A stretch of 64,000 nt of DNA, taken from NCBI GenBank assembly GCA_031416075.1, contig JANOSY010000091.1:1-64000 (forward strand), read 5' to 3'. Shown in pieces: positions 1-11,964 of this stretch; the first letter of the stretch is position 1; each line of letters begins with the position of its first letter. Under the pieces are notes generated by a model that made no database searches, was not told the origin of the DNA, and was given only the letters and a program-made list of their open reading frames with translations. Both the position numbers and the translations under genes were made by a program. The stretch comes from Candidatus Tenderia sp. Lineage in GTDB: Bacteria > Pseudomonadota > Gammaproteobacteria > Tenderiales > Tenderiaceae.

Positions 1-133
1 GACAACAGCGATGAAATTCTTGGCGTTCTTCTTCTGTGAGTGAGATAGCAACGGGGACAGGCATAGTCAGCGCACCAGAAAATAAGGAAGGAGTAGCGCT
101 ATTATATATGATCACACTATTTGTTACAGTACA

Positions 134-1351
134 CTAGCGCCGACGTCGCCCCTTACGTTCACGCTCACCCTCCTCATCCTCATCCAGCTGCAGATGGCTG
201 GTATCCACAATCCCTTTACTCAAATTGATCTTCACCTGCAAATTGTTGCGGGAGTCGGCATTGATTAGGGCTTCATATTCCGATATACGCCCCTGCTGAT
301 AGTAACGGAACAGACATTGATCAAACGTACACATGCCCACCATCTCACTGCGCTCCATCGCCGCCTTCACCCCGTCAAACTCACCCTTGGCAATCAGATC
401 AGATATATAGAGTGTATTCAGCAACACCTCCACCACCGGCAGACGTTTTCCATCCACCCCCTTCACCAACCGCTGGCAGATGATCGCCTTAAGGTTTGAC
501 GAGATATCAATGAGCAGCTGTCGCCGCGCCCCACTCTCAAAAAAATTGACCACCCGGTCAAGCGTCTGATTAGAGTTGTTAGCATGAACGGTGGAGAGGC
601 AGAGATGGCCCGTTTCAGAAAACACCAGCGCATGGCGCATCGCATCCACATCACGAATCTCACCAATCAAAATCAGATCGGGGGCCTCACGCATCGCATT
701 TTTCAAGGCATTGCTATAACTCAACGTATCCAGCCCCACCTCACGCTGGTCTACAATCGAACGTTTATGTTCATGGCTAAACTCCATCGGATCTTCGATT
801 GTGATGATATGCCCGGTCTGCGATTCGTTACGGCGGTTGATCATGGCTGCCAGCGTGGTGCTTTTGCCCGAACCGGTCGCCCCCGCCACCAGAATCAAAC
901 CCCTCTGCTCCATCACCAGATCATTCAATACCGGCGGCAGATTCAGCGCCTCAATCGTTGGAATATCGGTCCTGATATGGCGGATCACCATCGCAGGCTC
1001 ACCCCGCTGACGATAGATGTTAATACGAAAACGCCCCATCGGCCCCATCCCCAGCCCCAGGTTCATCTCCATAATCGCCTCATACTCAGCCAGCTGCTCA
1101 ATAGAGAGTAACGCCGTCACCAGCCGTGTCAGCCCTGTCGTTGTCAACGGCGGCTCATCAAACGGCTCCGTCACCCCCTCAATACGGATATTGACCGGTG
1201 CCCCGACACTGAAAAAGAGATCTGACGCGTGGCGCGCCACCATCACCTCCAGATAGTGCTCAACCTCACGCCCTGCCTTCGAATCTTTAAGCACACACCC
1301 ACTCCCGCGCCACCCATTGGCTGTAAACAGGTATAGCGGCCCGTCGCCCAA
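134..1351 (-). CDS. pilU: PilT/PilU-family type IVa pilus retraction ATPase (PilU-like)
   Basis: Walker A GATGSGKST, TIEDPMEF, QREVGLDT, MREAPDLILIGEIRD, ETGHLCLSTVHANN. True start is probably the GTG at 1294. Confidence 0.85.
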   Translation of the reverse strand: MGDGPLYLFTANGWRGSGCVLKDSKAGREVEHYLEVMVARHASDLFFSVGAPVNIRIEGVTEPFDEPPLTTTGLTRLVTALLSIEQLAEYEAIMEMNLGLGMGPMGRFRINIYRQRGEPAMVIRHIRTDIPTIEALNLPPVLNDLVMEQRGLILVAGATGSGKSTTLAAMINRRNESQTGHIITIEDPMEFSHEHKRSIVDQREVGLDTLSYSNALKNAMREAPDLILIGEIRDVDAMRHALVFSETGHLCLSTVHANNSNQTLDRVVNFFESGARRQLLIDISSNLKAIICQRLVKGVDGKRLPVVEVLLNTLYISDLIAKGEFDGVKAAMERSEMVGMCTFDQCLFRYYQQGRISEYEALINADSRNNLQVKINLSKGIVDTSHLQLDEDEEGERERKGRRRR

Positions 1352-1365
1352 GCCTTTAACTACCG

Positions 1366-2223
1366 CTACATATCCACCATGCCCAATACCCGCAGCTGTA
1401 GATCAACGGTCAGTACCAGGCTATCCAACTCAGCCGCCGCCGCCTTCCCCTCACGTGTCGCACGGAAGAGGTGGGGCGTCATCACCAGCAGATCGGCAAT
1501 CTGTTCACGATTCAGCGCAGCCGTTTGATAAGAGAATGGCTGCGAATCGATCAGAGCAAAACCCGCCTGCTCAGCCCGATCCAACGCCGGCGGTGGAGCC
1601 TTGCGCACCTCGGGATATATCACCTGCCGCAGCTCCAGCAGATGGTCCTCAGCCGCCTCCACCAACACCACCTTGCCACCCGGTTTAAGAATCTTTTTAA
1701 AGGCCGCGTAATCAGGAAAACCAAACATGCAGAAGATCATATCCACCGACTGCGGCAACAGTGGCGGATTACTATTGGAGGCAACCAGCCAAGTGATCAA
1801 CTTATTACGTCGCGCCGCCGCCACAACCGCAGGTTTCGAGATATCGAGACCGATCAGCGTTGCCGCGCCGCATTCACGCACCATCAACGCCGCGCAGAAA
1901 CGGTCGAGGTAATACCCCTCGCCACATCCCGCATCCACCACACAGAGATCGTCCGCCAGCGGCAGATGCTGCAACGCAATTGAATTCAACTGGTCGGAGA
2001 TCGGCAGATAAAAACCCGCCTCAAGAAAACGCGACCGCGCCTCCACCATCTCCCTGCTATCACCCGGCTCTTTCGACCTCTTGTTCTGCACCGGCAACAG
2101 ATGCAGATACCCCTGCCGCGCCATGTCGAAGCTGTGGCCGTAGTCGCAGCGGAGTGATTTGTCACCGAGCAGAGGGGTACCGTCCAGCGGACAGGCAAGG
2201 TTGTTGGCTTTAATGATTTTCAT
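1366..2223 (-). CDS. rlmA: RlmA-like rRNA guanine-N1 methyltransferase
   Basis: N-terminal Zn-finger-like CPLD...CDYGHSFDMARQGYLHLL, SAM motif DAGCGEGYY, LLVMTPH. Confidence 0.75.
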   Translation of the reverse strand: MKIIKANNLACPLDGTPLLGDKSLRCDYGHSFDMARQGYLHLLPVQNKRSKEPGDSREMVEARSRFLEAGFYLPISDQLNSIALQHLPLADDLCVVDAGCGEGYYLDRFCAALMVRECGAATLIGLDISKPAVVAAARRNKLITWLVASNSNPPLLPQSVDMIFCMFGFPDYAAFKKILKPGGKVVLVEAAEDHLLELRQVIYPEVRKAPPPALDRAEQAGFALIDSQPFSYQTAALNREQIADLLVMTPHLFRATREGKAAAAELDSLVLTVDLQLRVLGMVDM

Positions 2224-2791
2224 ATTTAGATTCAGAAGAGGTGAAATTCAAATGTAGGGTGCGCAAAGCGCCTCGCGGGGCAGACTCTGGGCACGTTTAT
2301 TGTGCCTACCCCATTATTTCAGGATGACACCGTGTAACGGAGCGTCATCAATCACATGGTGTATCGATTGTTATATTCGCGTTCATTCAGTACATTCCGC
2401 GTGGGCACAAGAAACGTGCGGCACTACTTTAGTCGCCGCAAAAACCCCATCAAACCGCCTGGAACTAACATTTTTTCGCACCTGACGGAAAAAACCATAT
2501 GTAAAAAATTGATCATACTGCAAAAACAGAGTCCTCATTTTTCATAACACGCCCACCCATCCTCGCCTAGCACCAAAAACACCCCTCCAACAAAGTATTG
2601 CATTAACAATCAGGGGAAGCTAATCTGGCCGTGATTTTGATTCGGAGTCCAGCCTCAACAAGAACAAACACGGATACAATCGTATGCGAGAACCCTCAAT
2701 CATCTTAATTTCACTTCCGTGCTGCCTTAAGAACAGCTTCACTACAAACCTAAAGCCTTGGACCATCCCCAGCCTAATGGAATAAGAACCC

Positions 2792-3709
2792 ATGAAAAAA
2801 GTCATAATTACTGCATCTGTAGGTGAAAACTCAAAAAATAATACCCCAGACGTGCGTCAAATCCAGCAAGCATTAAACATCATCATCAGCCAAAACATCC
2901 TAACCCCTATCCCTTTACTCAAAGAAGATGGAATAGTTGGTCAATACACAAAAACCGCAATCCGACAATTTCAACGCAGATCCGTAGGCATGGCATCACC
3001 AGACGGGCGAATTGATGTTAGTGGAAAATCAATTTTAAAGTTAAATAGACTCATCGAAATATCAAGCAAAATCGGCCACACAAAACATACAAACATTCCC
3101 GCAATAAATCACGGAGCCACAAATAAATCAACCACCATTCTAACAACCGTATTCCAAAAATTTAATCAAATAGAATATGGGATTTTGGCAGGCTCCGTTA
3201 TTCACGCCTCTTCCATCAATAACAACACCGTCGATTCAAATGGAGATTTAAAGAAGCTGTCTCAAAGAGACTTTGTTAAAGCCGTTTTCACCGAGGCAAA
3301 AAAAGAAGAAGCTATCTCTAATGTTCCAGCAGCCATCACAACCGCACAAGCAATATTGGAAACTGGCTATGGAAAATCAGTACCTACCGACATAACGACC
3401 AAAAAATACAGTTATAATCTGTTCGGCATAAAGGGCATTGGTCCTGCGGGCTCGGTTTCAATCTATACCCATGAATATGTAAACGGCAAAAAAACACAAA
3501 TTGTTGACTCATTCAAAGCTTACAACAACTTTTCACAATCCATCCAAGGCAGAACTGAGTTTTTAACTAAAAACAAACGATACAAATCTTTATTTGAAAC
3601 AAAAGATGCTAAAAAATGGGCCGAAGGCCTGCAAAAGGCAGGTTACGCTACCGATCCAAAATATGCGAACAAATTAATCGACATTATGACTATGTGGAAG
3701 CTCATATGA
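2792..3709 (+). CDS. Peptidoglycan-binding domain + GH73 glucosaminidase/muramidase (FlgJ-like catalytic domain)
   Basis: N-terminal DVRQIQQALN...DGIVGQYTKTAIRQFQ (PG_binding_1-like); C-terminal AQAILETGYG, YNLFGIK, AGYATDPKYA. No signal peptide; AT-rich. Confidence 0.85.
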   Translation: MKKVIITASVGENSKNNTPDVRQIQQALNIIISQNILTPIPLLKEDGIVGQYTKTAIRQFQRRSVGMASPDGRIDVSGKSILKLNRLIEISSKIGHTKHTNIPAINHGATNKSTTILTTVFQKFNQIEYGILAGSVIHASSINNNTVDSNGDLKKLSQRDFVKAVFTEAKKEEAISNVPAAITTAQAILETGYGKSVPTDITTKKYSYNLFGIKGIGPAGSVSIYTHEYVNGKKTQIVDSFKAYNNFSQSIQGRTEFLTKNKRYKSLFETKDAKKWAEGLQKAGYATDPKYANKLIDIMTMWKLI

Positions 3710-4362
3710 ACCTTAAACCATTTCTCACTATTTTATTCCTGGTTGCCGTGGTTGGCTGCAATGCGGAATCTACCAACAACAATAAAATCAGCAGTACATT
3801 GGACGTTGAAAAACATAACAACACAACCCCAACCCAACAAAAATCCATTTCGATTGACGACTCCCTTAAACGCTTTTCTGAAACACTCAATCAAAAGGAT
3901 CCGTCAAAATTCATCTCGCTAGCCAACCCTCAAGGAATTAATCTTGTCCGCATATTCACATCAGGAAATCTAGGTTCTCGTGGAGCACCGTTGAGTCAGA
4001 CCATCAACCCAACAACCGTAACCAATGAAATAACATTCTCTGTCGAGGGGCAAACCGCCTTCAACGTACCTGCCATGTTTCCAAGTCTGCCGATAAGCTC
4101 TTTTCAAGAGGTGGTTCACCAAAAGCTGCAAATGCCATCAAACATTCCTGCTTATGACCAATGGACTCCCATTTTAATAAACAGCCTAAAAAACACCCCT
4201 GAAATAGAAAATGGTGCCCCTATTATTTTAGCTAGTGACAAAGGAGATTACTGGGTTTTTGCCGACGCGCAAATCATTGATGATATTTTAGTGGGTGGTT
4301 TTGCCATTTTTACAATCCACAACAACACTTTAAAACTAACTGCCATTATCGAGCTTTTATAA
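3706..4362 (+). CDS. Hypothetical lipoprotein (candidate immunity protein)
   Basis: ATG 3706 overlaps the upstream TGA (ATGA). MNLKPFLTILFLVAVVGC is a lipoprotein-type signal. Confidence 0.7.
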   Translation: MNLKPFLTILFLVAVVGCNAESTNNNKISSTLDVEKHNNTTPTQQKSISIDDSLKRFSETLNQKDPSKFISLANPQGINLVRIFTSGNLGSRGAPLSQTINPTTVTNEITFSVEGQTAFNVPAMFPSLPISSFQEVVHQKLQMPSNIPAYDQWTPILINSLKNTPEIENGAPIILASDKGDYWVFADAQIIDDILVGGFAIFTIHNNTLKLTAIIELL

Positions 4363-4411
4363 AACAACATCATCGAAACAGTTAAACAAAGTGGAGAAGA
4401 AGGTAGTCTGC

Positions 4412-5776
4412 CTACCTCACCCAAACCGTCTTCTGGTTCACAAACTCCATCATGCCGTGGTAGCTGAGTTCGCGGCCATAGCCGGAATTTTTAACACCGC
4501 CAAAGGGTAGACGTGTATCACTCTTGACCATGCCGTTGACAAACACCGCACCGGATTGCACTTGGCGAGCGATGCGTTCACCACGGACTGAGTCCTGCGT
4601 CCAGACACTGCCGCCCAAACCAAAATCTGAACCATTGGCAATAGCGATGGCGTCACTCTCATCACGAGCGCGGATGATGATGGCGACGGGGCCGAATAGC
4701 TCTTCGCTCCAGGCGGCCATGCCAGGTTTGACGTGATCGAGTATGGAGGGTTGATAGTAGGCACCGACACCTTCGACTGGTGCGCACCCCGCAACCGCAA
4801 TCGCACCAGCATCAATAGAGCGCTGCACCTGTTGATGCAGTTCGTCACGCAGCTCTTCTCGCGCCATGGGGGCGAGTGTGGTGGTTTCATCCATGGGATC
4901 CCCGGCACGTAGTTTCTGTACTGCTGTTTTAAAACGGGCGACAAACTCATCGGCGACGGTCTCGACCACGATAAAACGTTTGGCGGCGATGCAGCTCTGC
5001 CCGGCGTTGAGGTAACGGGAAGCGACGCCTTGCTGCACGGCCCAGTCGAGGTCGGCATCTTCGAGCACGATGAAGGGGTCGGAACCGCCCAGCTCCAGCA
5101 CTGTTTTTTTCAGATGGGCGCCAGCAGTGGCGGCGACCTGGCGTCCGGCAGACTCTGACCCCGTCAGGGTAACGGCATGAATCCGGGGATCAGCAATCAC
5201 ACCGGCCACTTGGCTTGATGAGATCATCAGAGTACGAAACACCCCCTCAGGCAGGCCGGCACTACGCACGACGTCTTCAATCACCAACGCGCACTGCGGT
5301 ACGTTGGAGGCGTGTTTGAGCACACCGGTATTGCCTGCTGCCAGCGCCGGGGCAAGAAAGCGGAATACCTGCCAGAGGGGGAAGTTCCAGGGCATAACGG
5401 CGAGAATGGTGCCAAGCGGCTGATGGGCAACAAAGCTTTTACTCGCATCACTATCGACCATCTCATCCGCCAGAAAGCGGGCGGCATTATCAGCATAGTA
5501 GTGACAGACGTGGGCCGACTTTTCCACCTCGGCACGGGACTCTTTGATCAGCTTACCCATCTCCTGGGTGATCAACGCCGCCAGCGCATCACGACGGCGC
5601 GTAATCTCATCGCCCATGGACTGCAACAGCGCACAGCGCACTGACAGAGGGGTGTCAGCCCATAATGGCGTGGCGCGGGCAACATCGGCCAAAGCTGCCT
5701 CCAACTCATTCGTATCCCACACCGGATACTCCTGAATCACTCTACCAGTAGCAGGGTTTTGTGTTAAAAAGGCCAT
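4412..5776 (-). CDS. sad: NAD(P)-dependent succinate-semialdehyde dehydrogenase (Sad/GabD1-type ALDH)
   Basis: [41 protein letters not shown]. Confidence 0.85.
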   Translation of the reverse strand: MAFLTQNPATGRVIQEYPVWDTNELEAALADVARATPLWADTPLSVRCALLQSMGDEITRRRDALAALITQEMGKLIKESRAEVEKSAHVCHYYADNAARFLADEMVDSDASKSFVAHQPLGTILAVMPWNFPLWQVFRFLAPALAAGNTGVLKHASNVPQCALVIEDVVRSAGLPEGVFRTLMISSSQVAGVIADPRIHAVTLTGSESAGRQVAATAGAHLKKTVLELGGSDPFIVLEDADLDWAVQQGVASRYLNAGQSCIAAKRFIVVETVADEFVARFKTAVQKLRAGDPMDETTTLAPMAREELRDELHQQVQRSIDAGAIAVAGCAPVEGVGAYYQPSILDHVKPGMAAWSEELFGPVAIIIRARDESDAIAIANGSDFGLGGSVWTQDSVRGERIARQVQSGAVFVNGMVKSDTRLPFGGVKNSGYGRELSYHGMMEFVNQKTVWVR

Positions 5777-5902
5777 ACAAACTCCTTGTCACGGTTGTTT
5801 TGGCCAGTATAGCCGCTCTTGATCTGCACATGGGCACTTGACCGCCTCTCGCGGTAACGGGACAATCCTGCCTCTTTAATAGAATTACTATGGGAATCAA
5901 GC

Positions 5903-6859
5903 ATGACACCAAAGACTATCTGTGTGCTGGGTGGCACTGGCTTTGTTGGCCATCAACTCATCTCTCAGCTGAGCAAAGCGGGCTACTTTGTGGTGGTGCC
6001 ATCACGCAATCGTGAACGCCGCCGCTCCCTAAGCGTGCTGCCAACCGTGGACGTTGTGGATGCCGACATTCATGACGATGAGACGCTCAGAGCGCTATTT
6101 GTTGGCTGCCATGCGGTCATCAATCTGGTGGGGATTCTTAACGAATTCAAACGTAATGACTTCCAGCGCACCCATGTGGAGCTGGTGAAAAAGGTGGTTG
6201 AGGCGTGCAAAGCCTCAGGAGTATCCCGCCTGTTACACATGAGCGCACTTAACGCCGACGCCAGCCAAGGCTCCAGCGCCTACCTGCGGAGCAAGGGTAC
6301 GGGGGAAGATCTGGCCCACGCTGCTGATTTGAATGTCACCAGCTTCCGTCCCTCCGTCATGTTTGGCACAGATGATCAGTTTTTTAACAAATTTGCCCTG
6401 ATGCTGCGTTACCTGCCACTGCTGCCGCTGGTCTGCGCCAACAGCCGTATGGCACCCGTCTATGTCAGCGATGTGACAACAGCGATGATCAAATCCCTGG
6501 ACGATCCAAAATGTTATGGCCAACGTTACGATCTCTGCGGACCCGAAGCATATACCCTGCTGCAACTGGCCCAATATACCAACCGCATCAGCGGCTTTAA
6601 CCGCCCGATCATCGCCCTTGGCAGTGGCATGTCAGCCCTGGTCTCACGGGTGACGGGGATACTGCCGTTCAAACCCTTCAGCCACGACAACTACCTCAGC
6701 CTGCAGACACCGGCCACCTGCAACACAGCGTTTCCTGCTCACTTAGGGATTCAGCCACACAGTATTGAACCGATTGTCAGCAAATATATCGGTGATCAGA
6801 GTCTCAACGGGCGATTTGATACCATCCGGCAACAGGCGGCCCGTGACGAAGATCAGTAA
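5903..6859 (+). CDS. Complex I NDUFA9-like atypical SDR (NAD-binding)
   Basis: [24 protein letters not shown]...[14 protein letters not shown]. Confidence 0.8.
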   Translation: MTPKTICVLGGTGFVGHQLISQLSKAGYFVVVPSRNRERRRSLSVLPTVDVVDADIHDDETLRALFVGCHAVINLVGILNEFKRNDFQRTHVELVKKVVEACKASGVSRLLHMSALNADASQGSSAYLRSKGTGEDLAHAADLNVTSFRPSVMFGTDDQFFNKFALMLRYLPLLPLVCANSRMAPVYVSDVTTAMIKSLDDPKCYGQRYDLCGPEAYTLLQLAQYTNRISGFNRPIIALGSGMSALVSRVTGILPFKPFSHDNYLSLQTPATCNTAFPAHLGIQPHSIEPIVSKYIGDQSLNGRFDTIRQQAARDEDQ

Positions 6860-6866
6860 TTCGACC

Positions 6867-8096
6867 ATGAAGGTCTATCAGGTTGGCGGTGCCGTCCGCG
6901 ACACACTGCTGGGGTTACCTGTTGAGGATCACGACTGGGTGGTGGTGGGCTCCACCCCCCAGGCCATGATCGCGCTTGGCTACCGCCCGGTGGGGAAAGA
7001 TTTCCCCGTCTTTCTCCACCCCAAGAGCCACGAAGAGTACGCCCTCGCCCGTACCGAACGGAAAACCGCCCCCGGCTACACCGGCTTCACCTTTCACACC
7101 AGCCCTGATGTCACGCTGGAGGAGGATCTCTGCCGCCGCGACCTGACCATTAACGCCATCGCCATGGACGATGACGGCTCGCTAATCGACCCCTTTCACG
7201 GCCGGAGGGATCTGGACAATAGAGTATTGCGCCATGTCTCCAGCGCCTTTGAAGAGGATCCCGTACGTATCCTGCGGCTGGCCCGTTTTTACGCTCGATT
7301 TGCACCGCTCGGATTTACCATCGCCCCGGAGACCTTGGTGCTGATGCAGCGCATGGTCAGCAGCGGCGAAGTCGATGCCCTGGTACCAGAACGGGTCTGG
7401 CAGGAGACCCAGCGCGCCCTGGGCGAACAGCGCCCCAACGCCTTTTTCGAGACACTGCGTGAGTGCGGCGCGCTCAACCGACTATTCCCAGAGATCGACC
7501 GGCTTTTTGGCGTGCCGCAAACTGCCATCCACCACCCCGAGATCGACACCGGCATCCACACCATGATGGTGCTGGAACAGGCGACCCTGATTAGCCCTGA
7601 ACCACGGGTACGGTTTGCCGCCCTGCTCCACGACCTTGGCAAAGGTACAACACCAGAACACGAATGGCCACGCCATATCGGCCATGAGGCGCGCTCACTA
7701 CCACTCATCCGCCAACTCTGTGACCGCCTGAAAACCCCCAACGACTACCGCGAGCTGGCACTGCTGGCGGCAAAGTTTCATACCCACTGCCACCGCGCCA
7801 GTGAGCTGCGTGCCACCACGCTCATCGATACACTCCAAGCCCTGGACGCCTACCGCCGGCCCGACCGCTTTGAAGAGTTCCTGCTCACCTGCCTTGCCGA
7901 CGCCCGTGGCCGCACTGGCTTTGAAACCCGCGACTACCCACAGGCTGAGCGGTTCCGGCGTGCCCGTACTGCGGCGTTAAGTGTCAATGCCGCTGCCCTG
8001 GCCGATGCCGGATTTAAGGGGCAACAGCTGGCAGAACAGTTGCGCCGGGCACGCATCAGCACCGTCAAACAGGCACTAAGCCTGGATACCGAATAA
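6867..8096 (+). CDS. cca: Multifunctional CCA-adding enzyme
   Basis: [12 protein letters not shown], Dx[19 protein letters not shown] domain LLHDLGKG. Confidence 0.95.
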   Translation: MKVYQVGGAVRDTLLGLPVEDHDWVVVGSTPQAMIALGYRPVGKDFPVFLHPKSHEEYALARTERKTAPGYTGFTFHTSPDVTLEEDLCRRDLTINAIAMDDDGSLIDPFHGRRDLDNRVLRHVSSAFEEDPVRILRLARFYARFAPLGFTIAPETLVLMQRMVSSGEVDALVPERVWQETQRALGEQRPNAFFETLRECGALNRLFPEIDRLFGVPQTAIHHPEIDTGIHTMMVLEQATLISPEPRVRFAALLHDLGKGTTPEHEWPRHIGHEARSLPLIRQLCDRLKTPNDYRELALLAAKFHTHCHRASELRATTLIDTLQALDAYRRPDRFEEFLLTCLADARGRTGFETRDYPQAERFRRARTAALSVNAAALADAGFKGQQLAEQLRRARISTVKQALSLDTE

Positions 8097-8391
8097 AAAT
8101 CCCACCCCCGCGCTTGAATAAAAGATTAAAAATTTATTAACCCTAAAATTCTTTCGAAAATACAACCACTTCAAATCACCCTGCTCAAATAGAAAAATAT
8201 CACCTCTATATTTTTCAATGAGTTAGAAAGCCCACACATAAAAACCTAAAGCCAACCCACAGTTGACTCAAACCTCAGAACCGTGACAACCTGAAATTTC
8301 GCGCCGCTCGTCGATGCCTGCAGCTCATCCTATTGGCCTCGGGCGGACACCGCGAAAAACTTGCCTAAACCAACAACGGAGGACGGCTAAC

Positions 8392-8634
8392 ATGTTCGGA
8401 GTACGCCACAATTTTATTGATGATTTCCCACAGATGTCTGGCACCATCACCCAGCTGAAAAGCAGCAACCCAGAGTTTGCACAGCTGCTTTCCCGTTATG
8501 ATGAAACTGATAAGAAAATATACGGACTGGAGGTGAAGAGCCGCCCGGTGGCAGACATCTATGTTGAGGTACTAAAAAAAGAGCGCCTCAAACTAAAAGA
8601 CAAACTCTACACAATTCTGAATTCAAAGCCCTAA
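8392..8634 (+). CDS. YdcH/DUF465 family small protein
   Basis: GGAGGA RBS before ATG 8392; LKKERLKLKDKLY motif. Confidence 0.75.
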   Translation: MFGVRHNFIDDFPQMSGTITQLKSSNPEFAQLLSRYDETDKKIYGLEVKSRPVADIYVEVLKKERLKLKDKLYTILNSKP

Positions 8635-8659
8635 CGTCAAACCATTCAAATACAACATT

Positions 8660-8684
8660 AGCGCGCCTGGAGGGCGCGCTTCTT

Positions 8685-8686
<2 letters not shown>
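8660..8686 (+). terminator. Intrinsic terminator between convergent genes
   Basis: AGCGCGCC/GGCGCGCT stem followed by TCTTTT. Confidence 0.55.
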
Positions 8687-9365
<679 letters not shown>

Positions 9366-10379
9366 TTAGATACCTTCGGACTTCTGTTCACGGGTGAGCA
9401 GCTGCGTGACCGCCACACGGGGTGACAAATTGTGATAGAGCACCTGATACACCTGCTCCGTAATAGGCATATCGATGTTCAGTGCGTGGGCCAGACGACG
9501 CGCCTCCTTGGCGGCCTCAATCCCCTCCACCACCTGATCAATAGAGGCACGGGCAGCCACCATGTCACCCCCCCGCCCTAACGCCAGACCAAAACGGCGA
9601 TTGCGTGACTGATCATCGGTACAGGTCAGTACCAGATCACCTAGCCCCGCCAACCCCATCAACGTTTCACGCTGGCCTCCCAGCGCCTCACCCAGGCGCA
9701 TCACCTCATTCAAACCACGGGTAATTAGGGCGGCACGTGCATTAGCGCCAAAACCAAGTCCATCAGCAATACCCGCAGCAATCGCCAGGATATTTTTCAC
9801 CGCCCCACCCACCTCTACCCCCACCATGTCGCTGGAGGTATAGGCGCGAAAGTGGTCATTTTTCAGGCGCTGCGCCACATCAGCCGCTAGCAATGGATCA
9901 TTGGCCGCCACCGTAATCGCCGTGGGCATGCCTTTAGCCACCTCCAGTGCAAAGGTGGGGCCAGAGATCACGGCCACAGGAAAGGCATCGCCAAAATGGT
10001 CTGCCACAATCTGATGCAGCAGTCGCCCGGTACCCGGCTCAAACCCCTTGCTGGCCCACAACAGCCGCATCCCCGCCTGCATCTGCGGCGCGATCAGCTC
10101 CAGGGTTTGACGGAAGGCGTGGCTAGGCACTACCAGCAGCAGATCCCCTGCCCCATCGAGGACGGAGGCCAGGTCACTACTAATAGTCAAAGAGGGGGGC
10201 AAGGTGATGCCAGGCAGATAACGGGGAGTACTGGCCGTCAACGCCATCTGCGCCATCTGCTCAACACTGCGCCCCCAGAGGCGCGTTGGCTGACCATTGG
10301 CCGCCAGCAGGGCGGCCAGCGCAGTACCCCATGCCCCCGCGCCAATCACTGCCGTTGTGGTCTGTATGGCAGCAGCCAT
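9366..10379 (-). CDS. gpsA: NAD(P)H-dependent glycerol-3-phosphate dehydrogenase
   Basis: GAGAWGTALA, SGPTFA, GAVKN, GLGDLVLTCTDDQSRNRRFG. Confidence 0.95.
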   Translation of the reverse strand: MAAAIQTTTAVIGAGAWGTALAALLAANGQPTRLWGRSVEQMAQMALTASTPRYLPGITLPPSLTISSDLASVLDGAGDLLLVVPSHAFRQTLELIAPQMQAGMRLLWASKGFEPGTGRLLHQIVADHFGDAFPVAVISGPTFALEVAKGMPTAITVAANDPLLAADVAQRLKNDHFRAYTSSDMVGVEVGGAVKNILAIAAGIADGLGFGANARAALITRGLNEVMRLGEALGGQRETLMGLAGLGDLVLTCTDDQSRNRRFGLALGRGGDMVAARASIDQVVEGIEAAKEARRLAHALNIDMPITEQVYQVLYHNLSPRVAVTQLLTREQKSEGI

Positions 10380-10395
10380 GACTTACACCACTAAA

Positions 10396-10869
10396 TTAAT
10401 GGTGGGCAGCTTCTTTGGACGCCGCCAGCTGCTGTTCTATGTGCTGATTGTACAGCGCATCAAAATTAACAGGGGCCAAAAGCAGTTGCGGAAAACCACC
10501 ACGGGCCACCATATCTGAAATCGCCTCACGCACATACGGGAAAAGAATGCCTGGGCAGTAGCTGCCCAGCAGGTGGTTCAGTTGTGGCTGATCAAACCCT
10601 TCTGCGCGGAAAATACCCGCCTGCTGCACCTCAATCAGATAGGCAACCTTATCACCCTGCTTGGTGGTAATCGTCACGGACAGTACAACCTCATGCATAT
10701 CATCAACCATCGGTGCCGCACGGCTGTTGAGCTGCACGTTAACCTCAGGCTCCCACTTGGTCTCGGTGAAGATAGTTGGCGAGTTTGGTGTCTCAAAAGA
10801 GACATCTTTGACGTAAATTTTCTGAATCGCAAACTGTCCTGCGGTCTGTGTCTGTGTCTCTTCGGCCAT
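10396..10869 (-). CDS. secB: Protein export chaperone SecB
   Basis: IQKIYVKDVSFETP, ILFPYVRE, GGFPQLLLAPVNFDALY. Confidence 0.95.
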   Translation of the reverse strand: MAEETQTQTAGQFAIQKIYVKDVSFETPNSPTIFTETKWEPEVNVQLNSRAAPMVDDMHEVVLSVTITTKQGDKVAYLIEVQQAGIFRAEGFDQPQLNHLLGSYCPGILFPYVREAISDMVARGGFPQLLLAPVNFDALYNQHIEQQLAASKEAAHH

Positions 10870-10917
10870 GATAGGTTCCCTAAAATTTAAGTGTTAGTTG
10901 TAATATGGAAATTTAGT

Positions 10918-11340
10918 TCAGCGTTTGACCGGCAGACCTGCATCACTCCAGGCCAACATACCGCCATTGAGCTTGTAGATCGACTTAAACCCTTGCCGCC
11001 GCAACACCGCGCCAGCCTTGGCAGCGCGTTGGCCAGTACGGCAGTACACAATAACGGGCTTCTCTTTATGAGTCTCCAGCTCTTTAAGGCGGCTCTCCAA
11101 TACCCCCAGCGGAATATGGACGGCGTTAATCACATGCCCGTCCTTAAACTCATTATGCTCACGCACATCAAGCATCAGCGCATCCTCACTATTCATGAGG
11201 CGCACCGCTTCGTTATTGCCGATCTCTTTAAAACCCAGAAGCTTTCGCCGCGACTCATTCATGATCATCAACAGTATGACCAAAACAAACGCCGCGAACA
11301 AAAAAGGGTGATTACCTACAAACTCTAAATACTGCGCCAT
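10918..11340 (-). CDS. Membrane-anchored rhodanese domain protein (YibN-like)
   Basis: N-terminal TM segment, LDVRE, GHVINA, active-site loop CRTGQR. Confidence 0.85.
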   Translation of the reverse strand: MAQYLEFVGNHPFLFAAFVLVILLMIMNESRRKLLGFKEIGNNEAVRLMNSEDALMLDVREHNEFKDGHVINAVHIPLGVLESRLKELETHKEKPVIVYCRTGQRAAKAGAVLRRQGFKSIYKLNGGMLAWSDAGLPVKR

Positions 11341-11397
11341 GGAACCGAGTCCACCTTTCAAATTAAATCCGTCTGAAATACGCCCTATATAAAGACG

Positions 11398-11751
11398 CTA
11401 TGATTCACTACAAAAGAGCTCACGCATCATGCAGATCAGCCGTAAAATGCGCTGATCAGCGATGCGGTAATATACACGATTTGCATCTTTTCGCGTCGAC
11501 AGAATCCCCTTATCCCTGAGTATCGCCAGGTGCTGGGAAATATTGCTCTGTGACGTTCCAACATTATCAACAATGTCTTGAACCCCAACCTCCTGCTCCC
11601 CCAAGGTGCAGAGTATTTTTAGACGCAATGGATGAGACATCGCCTTCAGCGAACGCGCCGCCAGATTAATGTCTTCATCCCTGCTAATCAGGTCCGTTCG
11701 TGATGCCGCCATTTGATTTGCCCCCGATACATTACTCACACTCACATCCAT
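11398..11751 (-). CDS. ArsR/SmtB-family regulator (BigR/SqrR-like Cys pair)
   Basis: LKAMSHPLRLKILCTL, SQSNISQHLAILR, C-terminal ELFC. Start codon uncertain. Confidence 0.8.
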   Translation of the reverse strand: MDVSVSNVSGANQMAASRTDLISRDEDINLAARSLKAMSHPLRLKILCTLGEQEVGVQDIVDNVGTSQSNISQHLAILRDKGILSTRKDANRVYYRIADQRILRLICMMRELFCSES

Positions 11752-11964
11752 GTCCTCACTGAAATAAATCCCTGCACAATCCACGCTGTTGTTAATCCGA
11801 GATGAAACGTTATACAATATCCTCCTGATAATACGGGCAATTGTAATTCATACAACCGCGAATTCCTATCCCGCTATCCCTGCCCAATCGACAGAGATAC
11901 CCGGCAGCAGCATTCGCGCCGCACCGTTGAGAACTCCCACTGCATCCACAGGTAAAGTTGACAT

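Noticed and set aside
2625-2641. sigma54-like TGGCCGTGATTTTGA upstream of the GH73 gene
   Set aside because: The -12 element reads GA, not GC; too weak to call.
8097-8290. AT-rich spacer with IHF-like half matches upstream of the DUF465 gene
   Set aside because: The matches are imperfect and expected by chance in AT-rich promoter DNA.
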